64,000 bases of DNA, taken from assembly GCA_047495785.1 (NCBI GenBank), contig JBLDXI010000030.1, positions 372,001 to 436,000 of the forward strand, given 5' to 3'. Source of the DNA: Lepidodermella squamata. Its lineage: Eukaryota; Animalia; Gastrotricha. Made by a program: the position numbers and the translations under genes. A model generated the notes under the pieces. The model did no database searches and had not been told where the DNA came from. It saw nothing but the letters and a program-made list of their open reading frames with translations. Below are positions 46,387-60,068 of the stretch, in pieces. How positions within the stretch are numbered: the stretch's first letter is position 1; every line of letters starts with the position of its first letter.

Positions 46387-47198
46387 GTGGAAACAAAACG
46401 ATGACAGGATGGGACCATATAAGGTTCTGCGATGGTCCTGCCAGTCATCATCAAGATCAGGGGACGTTGTTAGGCAGTCCTGGTCATCGCTTACAGCTAT
46501 GCATAACGAAGTCGAGGTTCAATCACGTATTTATCATACAACAATTTCTTACCAGAGACACCTCCTGCAGGTAGCCAAACTTTAACTTCTGCAACATTAG
46601 TACCATCTCTGTCCGCCAGTGCTGAAATTCGCTGTTGCTTGTTCGGTCCTGTCCAGTGGTAAGCTAATCTACACTCCATGCTTTCAGATGATGGGCAAGA
46701 CTTTAGAAAAGTTACTACGCGTGCAAAATACAGGCGGCATACTGATAAGCACAGTTTGATCAATACACCTAGGGCGTCGTTGCCTTGGAAACTCCATTAA
46801 TATTTAAACTTTTATCAATACATTGGCTAATGGAAATTCAATTATGTTTCTGATTCATCGACACCCCATGATGAAAGCATTGCGCATTCATGTTGAAGGT
46901 ATTGAATTATTCATGAAAATAAGACGGTATTGTTCGAACAAAATCAATAGAAAGAACTATGCAGGTATGGAAACATATGTTGATTGACATTAAAGGATGC
47001 GGCTAGACATGCACTCAACTAATTCGTAAGCTAACCCTGTGTACGAACGATTCACAATACATTTGAACAGCTGTGTAATTAAAGATTGTTTAGGTCTGAA
47101 AGGAAAGAAATTAAAATAAAATCGCCTGTTCGGAGATGAAAATATGAGAAGATCCATAGATTGGTGCCTTTGGCGCGAACCCCAGGGCACCTCCCTCG

Positions 47199-47577
47199 AT
47201 GTTCAGCGCCTGGGACGCCATTTTGTTTCAAGGCATTTACACCGCGTCAATTGAATCACCCTATTTCAGTTTTCAGGTCATCGATCATCGCTGCCAGCTG
47301 AACCAGTCGTGTGATGAGACACTAGGAACTGAATTTCGCTTGAAGAGAAAGATTGAAACCACTCCCGTTATTATCGATTCATCATCGCTTGAAAAGGGGC
47401 GGGGTTTGAACTACCCGGTCCGCCCGGTGGTGCGGGCCCTACCCCACCAAACCCAGACGGACAAGACCCCCGCCCATTTACGCGGTGTCACTTGAATTTC
47501 AATTTAATTTAATTCGAGTTATCAGGTCATATTCACCTGGCCGGCTGCCCGGGCTAGTATCGGTATTTCTTACTACT
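47199..47577. repeat. Right TIR of the Polinton
   Basis: Reverse complement of 24821-25199. Confidence 0.95.
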
Positions 47578-48128
47578 GAGTACTACCATGCAAGCTCGAT
47601 TTTCGTACCATCTTTCGCACTGTTGTTTCATTCAATATTTTGCATTAATTTTCAATTGCGAACCCCGTAACTGGCCAAAAGATCGTTTGCGAATTTGAAT
47701 TGCGAGAAATAATTCATCTAAAACTTGAAAACTTTGCTCTGAAGGCGAGGAAAATTATGAAAATCTTCCTGATCATCAAACAAAACGCGGAAGATGAAAA
47801 AAAACGAAATTTCGATGAAAGTTTCGATGAAATTTGGTTTTTGATTTCATGAACTTTCAATTTCTTTTGATTCTATTTGTTCTAAGAACCTTCAAACTTA
47901 CATTGCAATAAATAGTGCCCCAGCTCATTTTTGGACCCCAGCCTTAATAAGCCCCCATTTTTTGGTTGCTTTGAAACATTAAGATACTCAGGATATTAAT
48001 TCGGCATATACGGTAGGTTTATTCTAGTGTAAATTCTGATCATACATGATGATAAGCTGATCATGCACATGCGCAACTAATTTCATTGTAGCAATGTATG
48101 AGTCATCGTTCTCATGTTTTATCGGATC

Positions 48129-48509
48129 TCATTCACAACTGCAGGTCGTACGAGGCTTCCTGGAAGATAACAATGAAATGTCAGTTGATTAGTGAGCTTA
48201 AAATTCGAGGTTGAACTTACAGGCCGGGACAGCAAAACGCAGAGCCGCTGCAATCTTCGTTCTTTTTTGCGCATGGTGTTGGTTCTACGCAGACGCATGT
48301 GGCGCCGAAATTGCGTTCCTTACGGATGCTGCAAATTGTACGAAAAACAAGTTTCCAGAAGACATTTTAAAAAAGTGATCTTACAGGCCGTCGCAGCAGT
48401 CTATCACGATGCAGCTTTGGCCCACACCAGAACAGTCTTGAGCGATCGACGAAGGAATGACGACAGAGATGACGGCAAAAACAACCAAACAAGTAAAGAC
48501 ACGGTTCAT
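48129..48509 (-). CDS. Double-knottin-like peptide, copy 2
   Basis: 3 exons. Product: MNRVFTCLVVFAVISVVIPSSIAQDCSGVGQSCIVIDCCDGLIRKERNFGATCVCVEPTPCAKKNEDCSGSAFCCPGLKPRTTCSCE. Confidence 0.88.
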
Positions 48510-50275
48510 TTCAGATATTTCAGCGAAATAACAATCAAATAATAACGCGTTGAAGTAATTGCTGGAATTTTGAGATGTAAAAGAGGGCTTTTTATACTGC
48601 CGAAACCATGCTTGCCGTTCACGCCCTCATGTCGCGTCCTTGTGCTGATAAGAGACACGTGATTTTTTAAAAATAATGCCAGATAGTCCGTGGTCTGTGG
48701 AACGAGCATAAGTAACTAGCATAGATTAAGGTTAAGATGTGAAACTCTCGATTGTCTAATAAGGTCAAAATCTCAAGTTCGCGTCACAAGTCTCAATTGA
48801 GTTCACGAGTTGATCGGAAAGTCTCGCCGGGACCATAAAAAACAATACGGATGGCGGCCTCTTTATTGCTTTGGGCAAAAGAAACAATGGATTTTCGGCA
48901 GTTGATTTTCAATTAATACAGGCATGAAGCGGCCTGTATTAAACTTTTTATTACTCATTCTTCTAGGCTCTTCTACGCGATGGGAGCGAATGTCGAACGG
49001 TCAACGGGAACTGGATCCAGCTGAGCCGCAGCTGAGCCAGCGAACCATATGATACGGCACCTCGATTCAAAGCGGTAGTTATGGTAACTACCAAGCCTAC
49101 CAATCGCGGACGAGATGAAAATCAGTGGTCCAATTGTTTCTATCAGCTCTCAGAGGGTTAATCGTGCATTTGGAGCCAAAAATGTATTGGACAATGCAAC
49201 TTCGAAGCTCCGGACCGCTCGGTTGCCACCCGGCCGCGAATGGTAATTTGTGAATAATGGCTTTATGATAGTACGAACAATTATACTGTAGAAATTCCAT
49301 AAAAAGTAGCCGATGTTCTGTCATGCTGTCATGTCATATCCAGGTCTGTTCAAGGCCTCTGAGCTTCGAACAGGCTTAAATTCCCAAGCTCCGCCTTCTG
49401 CACCCAACAAAGCGATATAAATAGCGACATCACTTCGACAAACAAAAACTGTGAAATAGGCTGGATAATGAAACCGAAAAAGGACACTATTATTAGCAAA
49501 TTAATCTGATAGGAAGGAAATCCGTGCCAGTACCCAATAGTTACGACGCACATTTTCAGGCCCGCCTCCGTTACGGCTCTGCGCGCGCTCCTATTGGTCA
49601 GCTCATTTTGATCTGAAATCAAAGCGCAATCTATGAATTTCACGTCGGCTTTTACATACAAAATGAAGTCAATTGAATTCTCTATCGATTGAATATAGAT
49701 TTGTTACGATTGAAATTTGAGAATTAAACATTTCAAGTGCACAAGTTTCACTCGCGTGCACTTGAGTGATGTGCAGTTACGACTCATCGCCATCCTGAAG
49801 ACTTGGGTTTGGTCCTAACAGAAATTGCACGCTTTACCGGACGATTTTACCGGGTCCCGATGTCTCCTAAATCAAATGAATGTCATAGCCGAATTGGAGG
49901 TCTCCGAAATAACTCAGACAGGTCGGTTTACTCAGATTGGGTGAACTCCTGGCGTCTCAAGTCGACCGACAAGAAACTACCGTACGTGGCTCGTCAAGCT
50001 TTTTAGCTTCATTGTCTTATCTGAATTACTCTATGATATGGGGGTTCGCGCAAGTTTCGTTTACTTTCAAGGTGTTGCCAATTCAGGTGGCTGTGCGAAT
50101 TCGATTGCTGTCTACTTACAGCTGTAACTCCTCAAGTGAACTGGCCAACAAAGGCATATCATTAATAAGCTGATAATGCACACATTTGTTTTAATAATAT
50201 TTGATTATATTTATGTGTCAGTTATAATATTAAAGTAGCACCGTATGAGTCAGCTTTCCCGTGTATTATCGTGTG

Positions 50276-50700
50276 TTATTCGCAGTGGCAGACGTTGTGG
50301 AATCCAGACCATTCGGGCACCCTGTGACAGAACAATGACATTTCACTTGAGTGGTTCAAAGATTCAAAACCGTGGTAAAACTTACAGGCCGGGACAGCAA
50401 GTGTTACCGGCGCGGCAATCGCCGCCCCTTGGTTGGCAGCTTGGCTGATTCGGGTCTGTCACGCAAGTGCAGATGGCGCCAAATTCACGTTCCTGCGGAA
50501 TGCTGTAGTATTCGTACGAAAAACAAGAAGTTTTCATATTAGCACATTTTGACATTTTGATCTTACAGGCCCGGGCAGCAACCAAACGTATCAATGCAGC
50601 TTTCGCCATATTCAGCACATTTGAGCGACTGAGCGATTCCCGAAGGAATGGCGACGGCGATGACGGCAAAAACAGCCAAGCAAGCAAAGACACGATTCAT
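50276..50700 (-). CDS. Double-knottin-like peptide, copy 3
   Basis: 3 exons. Mature region: QSLKCAEYGESCIDTFGCCPGLIPQEREFGAICTCVTDPNQPSCQPRGGDCRAGNTCCPGLVPEWSGFHNVCHCE. Confidence 0.88.
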
Positions 50701-53298
50701 TTTAGCTATTTTAGGGAAACAATGGAATGCGTTAAAGTTATTACTTTTGTGCTGTAAAACCGGGCATTTTATACTGCAGAAACCACGAGTAACTGCTGGC
50801 CAGCTTGATAAGAGAGTCCAGTGTGTCCAGAGAGCGATTATTAATGGGTCACTTTTTCCGTTGATTATTACAAAACATCGTTACAATCTTTTGAGTTCAG
50901 AATTTGATTGAATCATGGGATAATGCAGATGCTGCCGCCTGGGTACAATATTAGCGGAGAACTCCCATTACACGAACATTGATTAGATTAAAATGACCTA
51001 ATTCGGCTCCGTGACTTTGTCCAGCCCTATTATCTTGAACTACTGCTAATTACTGCCCGCCATTTATTGAAGAATTAATGCGGAAGGCTGGTAACTTCAT
51101 CAAGCTAGAGTTAACATTGTGTTCCCTACAAGGTTCATGGTGGGTTCACTAAACCTCAAAATATTAAGAAAACATCACCAAAACATACAGGGAAGACGTT
51201 TAACAGGCACTGGAACAGACCTCGCGCACGCGAGCTGGTCACAATTTGAAGCTCGCAATGTCATTTTCTATTATGCTGATTTCGTAGTACCTATAGAAAA
51301 GCTCTGCTTCTATTTTTTAGCATTGGCTCAACGGCGTGGATTTATCACCCTCAATGTCTAGCATCATTCCGTTTCGGATACAGCTGAGTTCGGCGAAGAA
51401 GAACAAGATGATTCGGACGTTCGATACGAAGAGATAGTTCTAGTTACTATCAATTCGCGGACGAGTCAAATCGTCGCAGAGGCCAAGCTGCATTTCGTTT
51501 ACTTCAGGTCGCGTCACTCGACGGAGTGTTAGTTCTAACAGGTATAAATGCCAAAATCCAACTTCTATAGCCCCACCATAGCGGTAATCAATGGCGATAT
51601 CGTGTCGAATAACTACTGTGAAGCTGACGAACATGAAGCTGAAAATGGCACTATGTTTTGCGAATTTTCCTGATAAGATAAAAAGCTGTATGCGGATTGT
51701 ACTCAAGGATTGTATCAGATGCAATTAATGCAGTGAAAATATCGCAAATTGCAAAGCTCTCGGCACCCAGCACCTAACATTCACCATTTGATTTTAGGTT
51801 TTAAACAAGAACACATAAATCTTTTTGCGGTTACTCAAGCGCTCATCCTGCCTATGTTTTGAAATTTTAAACTTAGGCGCGCACGCTCCATCGATCGGTT
51901 CTGTGACTCCGGCATTGAAAGCCAAAAAGCGTGTGGTTAACCTTTTAATTGTTCCACAATCCATCTCCGTTATAAAGGCTTGGATTATTCTATGACGCCA
52001 ACGAATGCCTGAGATATCCTGCAATGTTTTTACGGCCCCGATGTCTCCGGTTTCCAATGAATGCAGTAGCTGCTGAATTCCGAATTAACTCAATGAGTTC
52101 GCTAGACGCTAGACGGGGATCATTTAGATGTTTGGTTATCAAATTTTAATTGCTGCAATTCGATTGCTTATGTAAATTGTAATTCTTTCTTTATTTAATG
52201 AACTGGTCAATGAATTTACATCACTGGAAAGCTGATGATACATGATAATCAGAAGTAAAACTCTGATTTTAAGTCCTGCCTGGGGTTAACGAACTCAGAA
52301 TGAGAACGAAACCTGGAATCTCATTATTTCAATTTACTTCAAAAATGCCCAGCTCGTCCGATTTCGCAAACAATTTCATTTGAAATAACAGCTTAAAAAA
52401 TCAATCACCTTGGTCAAGATTGACCAGAATACTTCTGAATAAATCACCAGCAAATTCAGCCTAACATTCTCAAGACAATGCAGTGTTCAATTCAGAACTC
52501 ATGCTTCGCCTAAAATTCGTATAATTATTTAAATAATTTGAAATAATTAATATGAAGTTTGAAACAATTAAGATGAAATATGTATTTTTGATAATTTTTT
52601 CGCGGTTAACCTGACTTTTTCTTTTTTAAATTCATCGAATCAATGGCATTGAGCAATCACGGACCAATTTCAAGGAATAAGACGTGTGGTTTTGTCAAGA
52701 GGGAACGATTCGATAGGTGTTTTGATTGAATGGAATAAATTTGTATCTTCTCAGGCGTGATCTCATTTTCATTCGACTGGCCTATCAAGAACAGAGCTCA
52801 GAGCAAGGTAAAAAATCGGGCAGAAGCCCCCGCCGCCCCTCCTCGGGATGTTGCGATTTTCAAAGTCAAAATGGAATTATTAACAGTTGTGAAAAAACCC
52901 GGAAATTTGCCAGGGCGTTGAGCAATGAAATCGTAGAGTGGTGGCAGCCAGTTTCATGGTAGATCAGGCCTATAGACTATCGAAAATCGGCTAATATTCC
53001 AATGACTCAGGACAACTCGAACGATGAAATCGGTTTATTATGAGAACAACTCTATGTATCTAAATTCAATTATTAAATCTGAAAACAAGGACTTGATTCT
53101 TCGCTTGATTACACAACACAGCTGGGAAATTAAAAATGTACAACTAATTTATTAAGCAGGGTCCAAAATTACGGTCTACAAACGAGGGAGTTCTTATAAG
53201 GAGGGTGCCATAAACGAGGGAGCACTGTATGTTTGCAGCTTTTTTTACTGTTGCTATGAGTCAATTATCTCATGTTGTAACCTTTGTCATTCGAAATT

Positions 53299-53702
53299 TT
53301 ATTCGCATCTGCAGACATTATGGAACCCAGACCATGAAGGAGCCCTGTGATTGAACAATGAAATTTCAGTTGAGCGGTGAGTTTCAAAATCGAAGTTACT
53401 TACAGGCCTTCACAGCAAGGTGTACCGCCGCGGCAATCTTCGTACAGCCCTGCGCATGTTGGCTTATCGGCAATGGATTCCCTGCAGGTGCATTTGTAGA
53501 AGTAACCAATCACATGTGGGGTTCTATAATTTATAAGAAACAATTTTCCTGAGCAAATTCTGAAAATGTGGTCTTACAGGCCCGGGCAACAGTATTCCTC
53601 AAGGCAGCTTTCGCCAACACCCGCACAATCGTCAGCGATCCCAGAAGGCACGACTGCAGCGATGCAAGCGAAAATGGCCAAAATAGCGACAACAAGGTTC
53701 AT
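53299..53702 (-). CDS. Double-knottin-like peptide, copy 4
   Basis: 3 exons. Mature region: DDCAGVGESCLEEYCCPGLTPHVIGYFYKCTCRESIADKPTCAGLYEDCRGGTPCCEGLAPSWSGFHNVCRCE. Confidence 0.88.
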
Positions 53703-54448
53703 TTTGAATATTGGGATTAGTGTAATTATGACTGGTATTTCAAGCGATGTATTACTGCGAGCAATTTATATAGCCGACAGCATGTGGCATGAGTTACCGC
53801 TGTTAGTTCACACAATTTAGCGACCTTGTGCTGATAATAGACACTGTCAGAGTCTTAACTGTCAGGTCAACTTTATTCGCTAATTGCGGCAACAGTGATG
53901 GCAAATTGTGATATTTTCACCATTAAAGATTCACTAAATATTGTAACAACCAATTGTAGGGGCCACCAAAGGTGAAGATTGCCCGGGCGACGAAAATTCC
54001 CAACTTGAAAAATCCCGCACTGGTTCCCGCTTTCAGCTCTCCGGGCAAAAGGCTGCAAAAGGCTTTCCGGCTTTAAATTTATTTCCCAGTCAAATTACGC
54101 TACCACCGACAGCTCAATATTTCTAACAGGATGGTTAGAGGGCATCGGAGATGGCCAAACTAAACCCAATCCAAAACATTGTTAATTATTTTTACATGTT
54201 TTTAATGCAGACAACTTTGAGTTTTTTCAAAGTGAGATATCGTATAGTCGAAACTTAATCCCACGAAGTTGTCTTTATTGCCTTACTATGTTTTTTTCTC
54301 TTAAAAAAACCTTCATTTGTTGGGGAAGGTTCTTAGCATTGTGTTTAATCCATATTTTGCTGTCCGTAATCAGCACATAGCATCAAAAGCTCAAAAAAAC
54401 TCACAGCACAAAACAGACAGTTTCTACCTTACAAGATTGTAGCATAAG

Positions 54449-55918
54449 ATGAGGAACCTATTCCACCGGTTTTTGCTGAGCCTCCTCGGAATATTTATGC
54501 TCATATTCCTTATTGTTGCATTGCCAGTGGAGCAGGATAACAACGAGGTATCTAATTTTTCTAACTTTGGCGATCAGAGCGCTGAGATTCAAGTTTTATA
54601 GCTGTTCATGAGAGCTGTGAAAAGTGATGTAATTTCCGTGGCAGAACAGCTTCTCGCTAAGAACAAATCACTGGCTAATGCTCGACATACAGTCACGCCT
54701 GATTGCCCTTTTTTCGAAGAGCAATACGACAATGCTACGGCAATAGAAATCGCTGCTGCATACAACCGAAGCTACGAGTTGGTTAAACTGTTGCTTGGCT
54801 ATGGGGCTGAAGTGGATGCGAAAGATAACGGACGGGTCAGTGATCAGAGAACGGCCTTACACTGGGCGGCCTCTTGGGGGAGGCTAGATCTTGCCGAACT
54901 GCTCATCGAAAATAAAGCTAACATCAGTGAGAAGGACAAAAGAGGTGACGATGCCCTGTTACTAGCTGTTGAATCTCGACGTCTCAACCTGGTCAAGTAC
55001 CTTGTGTCGAAAGGGGCCGATATCAACACATCAGACAACAATAACTACGGCTTGGTGGATCGCGCAGCTGATAAATGCAGCTTGGAAATGCTACAGTATT
55101 TCATATCGCAAAACCTTTCAGCTGATGGTACGAGAGATAATGGGTCTGAAAGAACTTTGTGGCCCATCTGCAAATGCCTGTGGAATCTGAATTTCACTCA
55201 GCTTTTACTGTCGAATGGTGCTAGATTCCCGGTTCTTTGCCTCGATATACCTTTTTTGATCCACATGGCCATTAGCTACGAGACCCTCTATGAAGGATAC
55301 AAGTATATTTCTGTTGAAGCGTTTCGAACGTTGATCGACGTTGGCGCGGATGTTAATGCTGTTTCAGATGGCGTTTCTGTCTTACAGGCAGCTGTTGCTC
55401 GTACTAATAAAGACATCGTCGAGCTTTTGATTGAACGAGGCGCGAAAATGACTGCAGCCAAAAATGGCTATTCCCTATCGCTGATGGCAGCCTTGAGTAA
55501 TTATAACACAACCGCGACTCTCGAGATCTTGAATTGCTTGCTAGAAAATGGCGACGCGATCGATGGCATATTGAATGATAGCGAAACGTTCCTTTCGATG
55601 GTGCTCAAGTACAGATACGGCGTTATCCTGCCGTTTGTCGCATTTGCTGTTGAAAAGGGCAAGGCGGATGTTAACAAGACGGATTCAGATGGACGCAACG
55701 CTTTGCATCTGGCAGTTCTGATGACCGGGTGGACGATCAGTGATAAATTGGATACAGTCCAGTATTTAGTCTCCAAGGGAGTGAATCCCAATGCGAAGGA
55801 CAAACTCGGAAAAACAGCCCTGCAATACGCCCAAGCGATCGAATCTGCCACTGAACGTCAGGCTTTAATTAAAGTATTTAGATGTAGTCGTGTACTAAAC
55901 CAGAATACAATCTGTTGA
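54449..55918 (+). CDS. Ankyrin-repeat protein with N-terminal signal peptide/anchor (2 exons)
   Basis: Exon 54449-54547 (MRNLFHRFLLSLLGIFMLIFLIVALPVEQDNNE), 54-nt intron, exon from 54602 in frame. Repeats TALHWAA, DALLLAV...GADIN, NALHLAV and TALQYA. Confidence 0.85.
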
Positions 55919-56082
55919 GATCTCCGAAGGAATGATTGCATCGATGAAGGCAGTTCAGTGATACAAAAATTGATGTTAGAAACATTGAAGTTGGAAATGT
56001 TTCAGTTTACCTTGAAAGTCGCAAGGTCACTCGGATTCTTCATAATTTTGTGTAACTAACCTGGCGCAGTTTTTTATTCCAT

Positions 56083-57410
56083 CTAAGATAGGATCATAGA
56101 GAATATGACGACATCGGCTATAATAATGATAAGAGCAGTTGCTATAGTAACACAGATGTCAAAGAATCGAACGGTTGTCAATCTTAAACAACGAATTTCA
56201 ATGATTTTCTCAGGAATTTGCGCGTAGTAGCAAGCAATCAGCATGTAAACAGTCAGAGCCATTCCTACGATGTTCTTCAGCATAATTCCAACAGAAATGT
56301 ATATAATTTCAGCAGTAACGGGCAGCTGAGTGTGCAGCAAGCTTAGGGTCATAGAATTAGCCAAGACAACCGCCACGCTGAACGCAGACCGATCAGGCAT
56401 GTCGGGTGGCATGATTACGCTGAACAGCTGGGTGATTAACAGGCCGTCGGTAGGAAAAAACACATTGATAATGTAATAGTGGGGTTCTCGTTTGAAAACG
56501 AAGCTCATATAAACCATATTGATGGAGAATCCTTCATCTTGGGGCGATGATATCGTGCCAAAACGGTCATTAGCAGTTCGGACCCACATTATGTCCATTT
56601 CGGCCGGCGTATCGGTGTACTTAACATCAAAGTCAATGTTTGTGAATTCAGAAAAATCCATTGACGAGAATTTCATTGTGCAATTTAAAACATCAAAGGG
56701 GAATTTCGCAAACGAAGAATCGCACGCTGATGTGATTTTCCCAATAGCTACCAAATAGCCGTGAAGACGCAGATCGGCTAAGAGAATCACCCGCGCTGTC
56801 GTTGCCATCCTTAAATACAAGAGGAATGTATAAATTCAACAACAAATTATCTGAATTTTCCGGGGATGGTTTTAGTATTGGAGACCTCAGGGAGCTGTGC
56901 AATATTCGTGAATCAAAGTAACCTACCCTTCGAAAAGGCGGCTCCTGTCGAAGCCATTATGATGATAGATCTCGGGGTACCATACGTCAAGCGGTTCTAG
57001 AGGCCACGGGATATTGACAGATAAGGGATTTTTTTTACAGATCTTCCTCGAAGAAGAGTTCCTTAAGGATGAGCAATCGAACTGCTTTCCGCAATTGTAC
57101 AGCCAATCAAATCGAAATACTCCAGATATCGAAAGCCTTCCAACAGAAACATTAAGAGACCCTGTTAAAAATAGGGGTAATAAATTTACTTGGTGTCGAC
57201 CTCCTTGATGCAGGTTATACTTTCGATCAGAATGCGCCATGTAATGTTCAGCTTTTGACCGCAAGTCGCCATACTTTCCACAGGTAAATTCGATGCGCTG
57301 ACATCTGGATAAGCAGCGATAACGTCTTCCCGAATACGCCCAGTAATTGAGCTGTCACACGCTCCTCCGTGAAGGTACTTCGATATGAAAAATAACGCCA
57401 GAAATTTCAT
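56083..57410 (-). CDS. Divergent Cys-loop ligand-gated ion channel subunit (3 exons, ~385 aa)
   Basis: Exons 57410-57190, 57136-56927 and 56809-56083 (1158 nt, in frame). Signal peptide, VWYPEI loop A, Cys loop CDSSFAKFPFDVLNC, KREPHYY and four TM helices. Confidence 0.85.
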
Positions 57411-58722
57411 CGCTCTGGGAAAATGTTTTTATGTGAAATATTATGAAATTCTTCTGGTATCAGATCAATATATTGAAGTAGAAAAATCAATGTGTTACTG
57501 TTATCCTTTCAGCTTTTATTGGTGAAATACGTAATACGTTAGCCGGGGATTGCAAGCAATGACAATTTTCATTACCTTTTGCTTACCTACATCTCGGGTT
57601 AGTGATGCGCAATATTATCAATGTTCTGTCAGAATCATTGCATTGATTGTAGTGGCGAATATTTCCTCGCATATTGATCGCTTCGCAAGCCTCTTCGGAT
57701 AACAGATAACAGATAACAGCAACGCCGAAGTAATCTGAAAATTGAATGCGCTTTTTAATTAAAAATTTTCTATTTTATACTATCTTACAACTAACAATTC
57801 AAAATTCAGGTTAATAATAACTGGAAAGAATATGCAATCGATTTATTTTAAAAATAAATCCATATTTTTCCATCTAAAAATTGGGACAATATTCTTCGTG
57901 ATTAAACAACACAGAATCACAGCTGGGAAAGAATTTAAAATTGAATCGCGCAACTGATATTTTACTATGGGAAAATTGACAAAATAACTGGATATCTGGT
58001 TTGGGTTTGGGTTACAGAATTATTTCGTATTCGGTTCAAGGTTTGGTCCGAAACCCTTTCACTATTTTACAACACTGCGCATTTGTGCGGCGGCCTCAGA
58101 TCACAGCAAAGTACACCGTGGGTGGTCGGCGACTTGACATTGTAGCCTTTGGTCCTTGTATGGTTGCATTGTGAAGTATAGAGTATACTGAAGTGTTAAT
58201 AAAAATCATTCATTTGAAATGAAAATTTGAGATGGATCTGTGTGGCCTGTAAAATCGGGAATCGGGAATTTGAAATTAGGAATATACGACTCAAGCTGCA
58301 TATAGATACTAGTTCAAATATTCGAAAGAATAAAGAATTTGCAGCCGAAATCCGCGTCTGTGTTGTTAATAACGAAGTACTTGACAGCTGTTTTACCGGC
58401 ACGGCTGACGGCAGTTCGAGGATTGAAGAACGCTCATCGTCCCAAGCTTACGAGATAAAAAAACAATCGGCGAAAGTTGGGAAAAGAGGCGACCAGGAAC
58501 TCTCGCGATAAAAGGCTAAAACGGCTTCTGATTCAGCGAAAATAAATAAGTGCATCAAGGCATTAAATGCGCATTCACTAAAGTATGATTTAATTCAAAT
58601 TCATATACGAATTCAAATAGTGTGCCATAAGAACGATATGATGATACTCCGCCAATATTTTTGCGGCTTTACTGTATTTATGAGTCAACTTTCTCATGTT
58701 TCATCGTGTAGCATTCCGAATG

Positions 58723-59133
58723 TTATTCGCATCTGCAGACGTTATGGAACCCAGACCATGATGGAGCCCTGTGACAGAAGAATGCAATTTCAGATGAGTA
58801 TAATGAGCCTCGAATTCGAAGTTAAACTCACAGGCCGGCGCAGCAAGGTGTACCGCCGCGGCAATCTTCGTACTTCCCAGCGCAGTTTGGCTCATCCAGG
58901 TGACCTGCCATGCAGGTGCACTCGGTGCCGAATTCATTTTCTTGTCCAACGCTGTAATTTGTACGAAAAATAAGTTCCCGGAGCACATGTTCAAAAGGTT
59001 GATCTTACAGGCCGTCGCAGCAGTGCTCATAAAGGCAGCTTTCACCAGCACCAGCACAATCTTTTGCGATCCCCGAAGGAATGATTGCAGCGATGAGGGC
59101 AAAAATAGCCAAGCTAGCGATGACACGGTTCAT
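58723..59133 (-). CDS. Double-knottin-like peptide, copy 5
   Basis: 3 exons. Mature region: KDCAGAGESCLYEHCCDGLVGQENEFGTECTCMAGHLDEPNCAGKYEDCRGGTPCCAGLAPSWSGFHNVCRCE. Confidence 0.88.
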
Positions 59134-59641
59134 TTTGAATATTTTCGTAGAATGGAATATTATTGTGACAGTGAAGTTATTACTGGTACTTCCCGGTGTA
59201 TTTTCATCAGTTTATATACAGCCGACCTAATGAGAGCCCGCTGTTCGTTCACAAGATGGCGGTTAAAAAGTGTCGCGAATTTGATAAGATACACATGAAT
59301 TGCCACGAATGAACAAGTAGGTCAGTTTTTTTCACTAATTTTTCGCGGTCAAGAAAAAATGTTCCGTTCATTTATCTGATAAGTAAATTACTGAATACTT
59401 CCGATAGTTTTGTCCCTCAATCATGACTAGCACGGAATTGAGTGACTCTGGAAATATTCTAAAACGTACTAGAAAGAAAACGCTTGATAAGAGAAAAATG
59501 TAGTTTAATAGACGGGACTGGCTTGTTTTGATAAGCTGGAGTCTAGGCAAAATATAGGTTGTCATGTGCTTCAGTTGGGGGGTGGGGCACGCACGCCGAC
59601 CAGGAACAAAGTATGGTCAATTTTTTCAATCTCTTCATTTT

Positions 59642-59828
59642 CAGGGTGTGTTTTTTATTCACTTCGAATTTTCGGGTCGCCCACTTCTGAAGCTCATCTT
59701 CAATGATAGTTTGGAGCTGTGTAGAAGACTTCATTGCCCGAAAACCTCAAGTGTTTACGTACAAAATCTGTCATCCTGTGCCTACACCTGAGCTACCCGA
59801 AATTCCGGGGTGAATAAAAAACACACTG
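59642..59828. mobile_element. Probable MITE (~37-bp imperfect TIRs)
   Basis: CAGGGTGTGTTTTTTATTCACTTCGAATTTTCGGGT vs the reverse complement of ACCCGAAATTCCGGGGTGAATAAAAAACACACTG. TSD unclear. Confidence 0.55.
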
Positions 59829-60068
59829 TTCCAATTTTTCAAGTTTTTTGAACTTGGAGGAGGTTCGTCATTGTTTTCTTGACAGATTGGCCCCGAGTGG
59901 AACCAGCCACGTTTTGCCGAGTGAAGAAAGCAGCGATCGCAACCGTTGCCCGTTGCTTCGCCATTCAGCCAAGACTAACTGCATGAATAGCGGCGACCAA
60001 CTCGCTACTGTGAAAGCAGCCCCAGAGCAGACGATGCTGCGTGGATTGTTGGTCAACATCTAATCAAC

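Larger units (their letters stand above)
24821..47577. mobile_element. Full-length Polinton/Maverick (adintovirus-type endogenous dsDNA virus), 22,757 bp
   Basis: AGTAGTAAG...CTTACTACT termini, 6-bp TSD GAGTAC (24815-24820, 47578-47583), ~379-bp TIRs, and pPolB, integrase, ATPase, protease and two capsid genes. Confidence 0.97.

Noticed and set aside
48192-59298. Recurring plus-strand ORFs (ILQA.AA...DTVHF) at 48192, 50557, 53566 and 58900
   Set aside because: Antisense shadows of the knottin genes; splice signals and signal peptides are on the minus strand.
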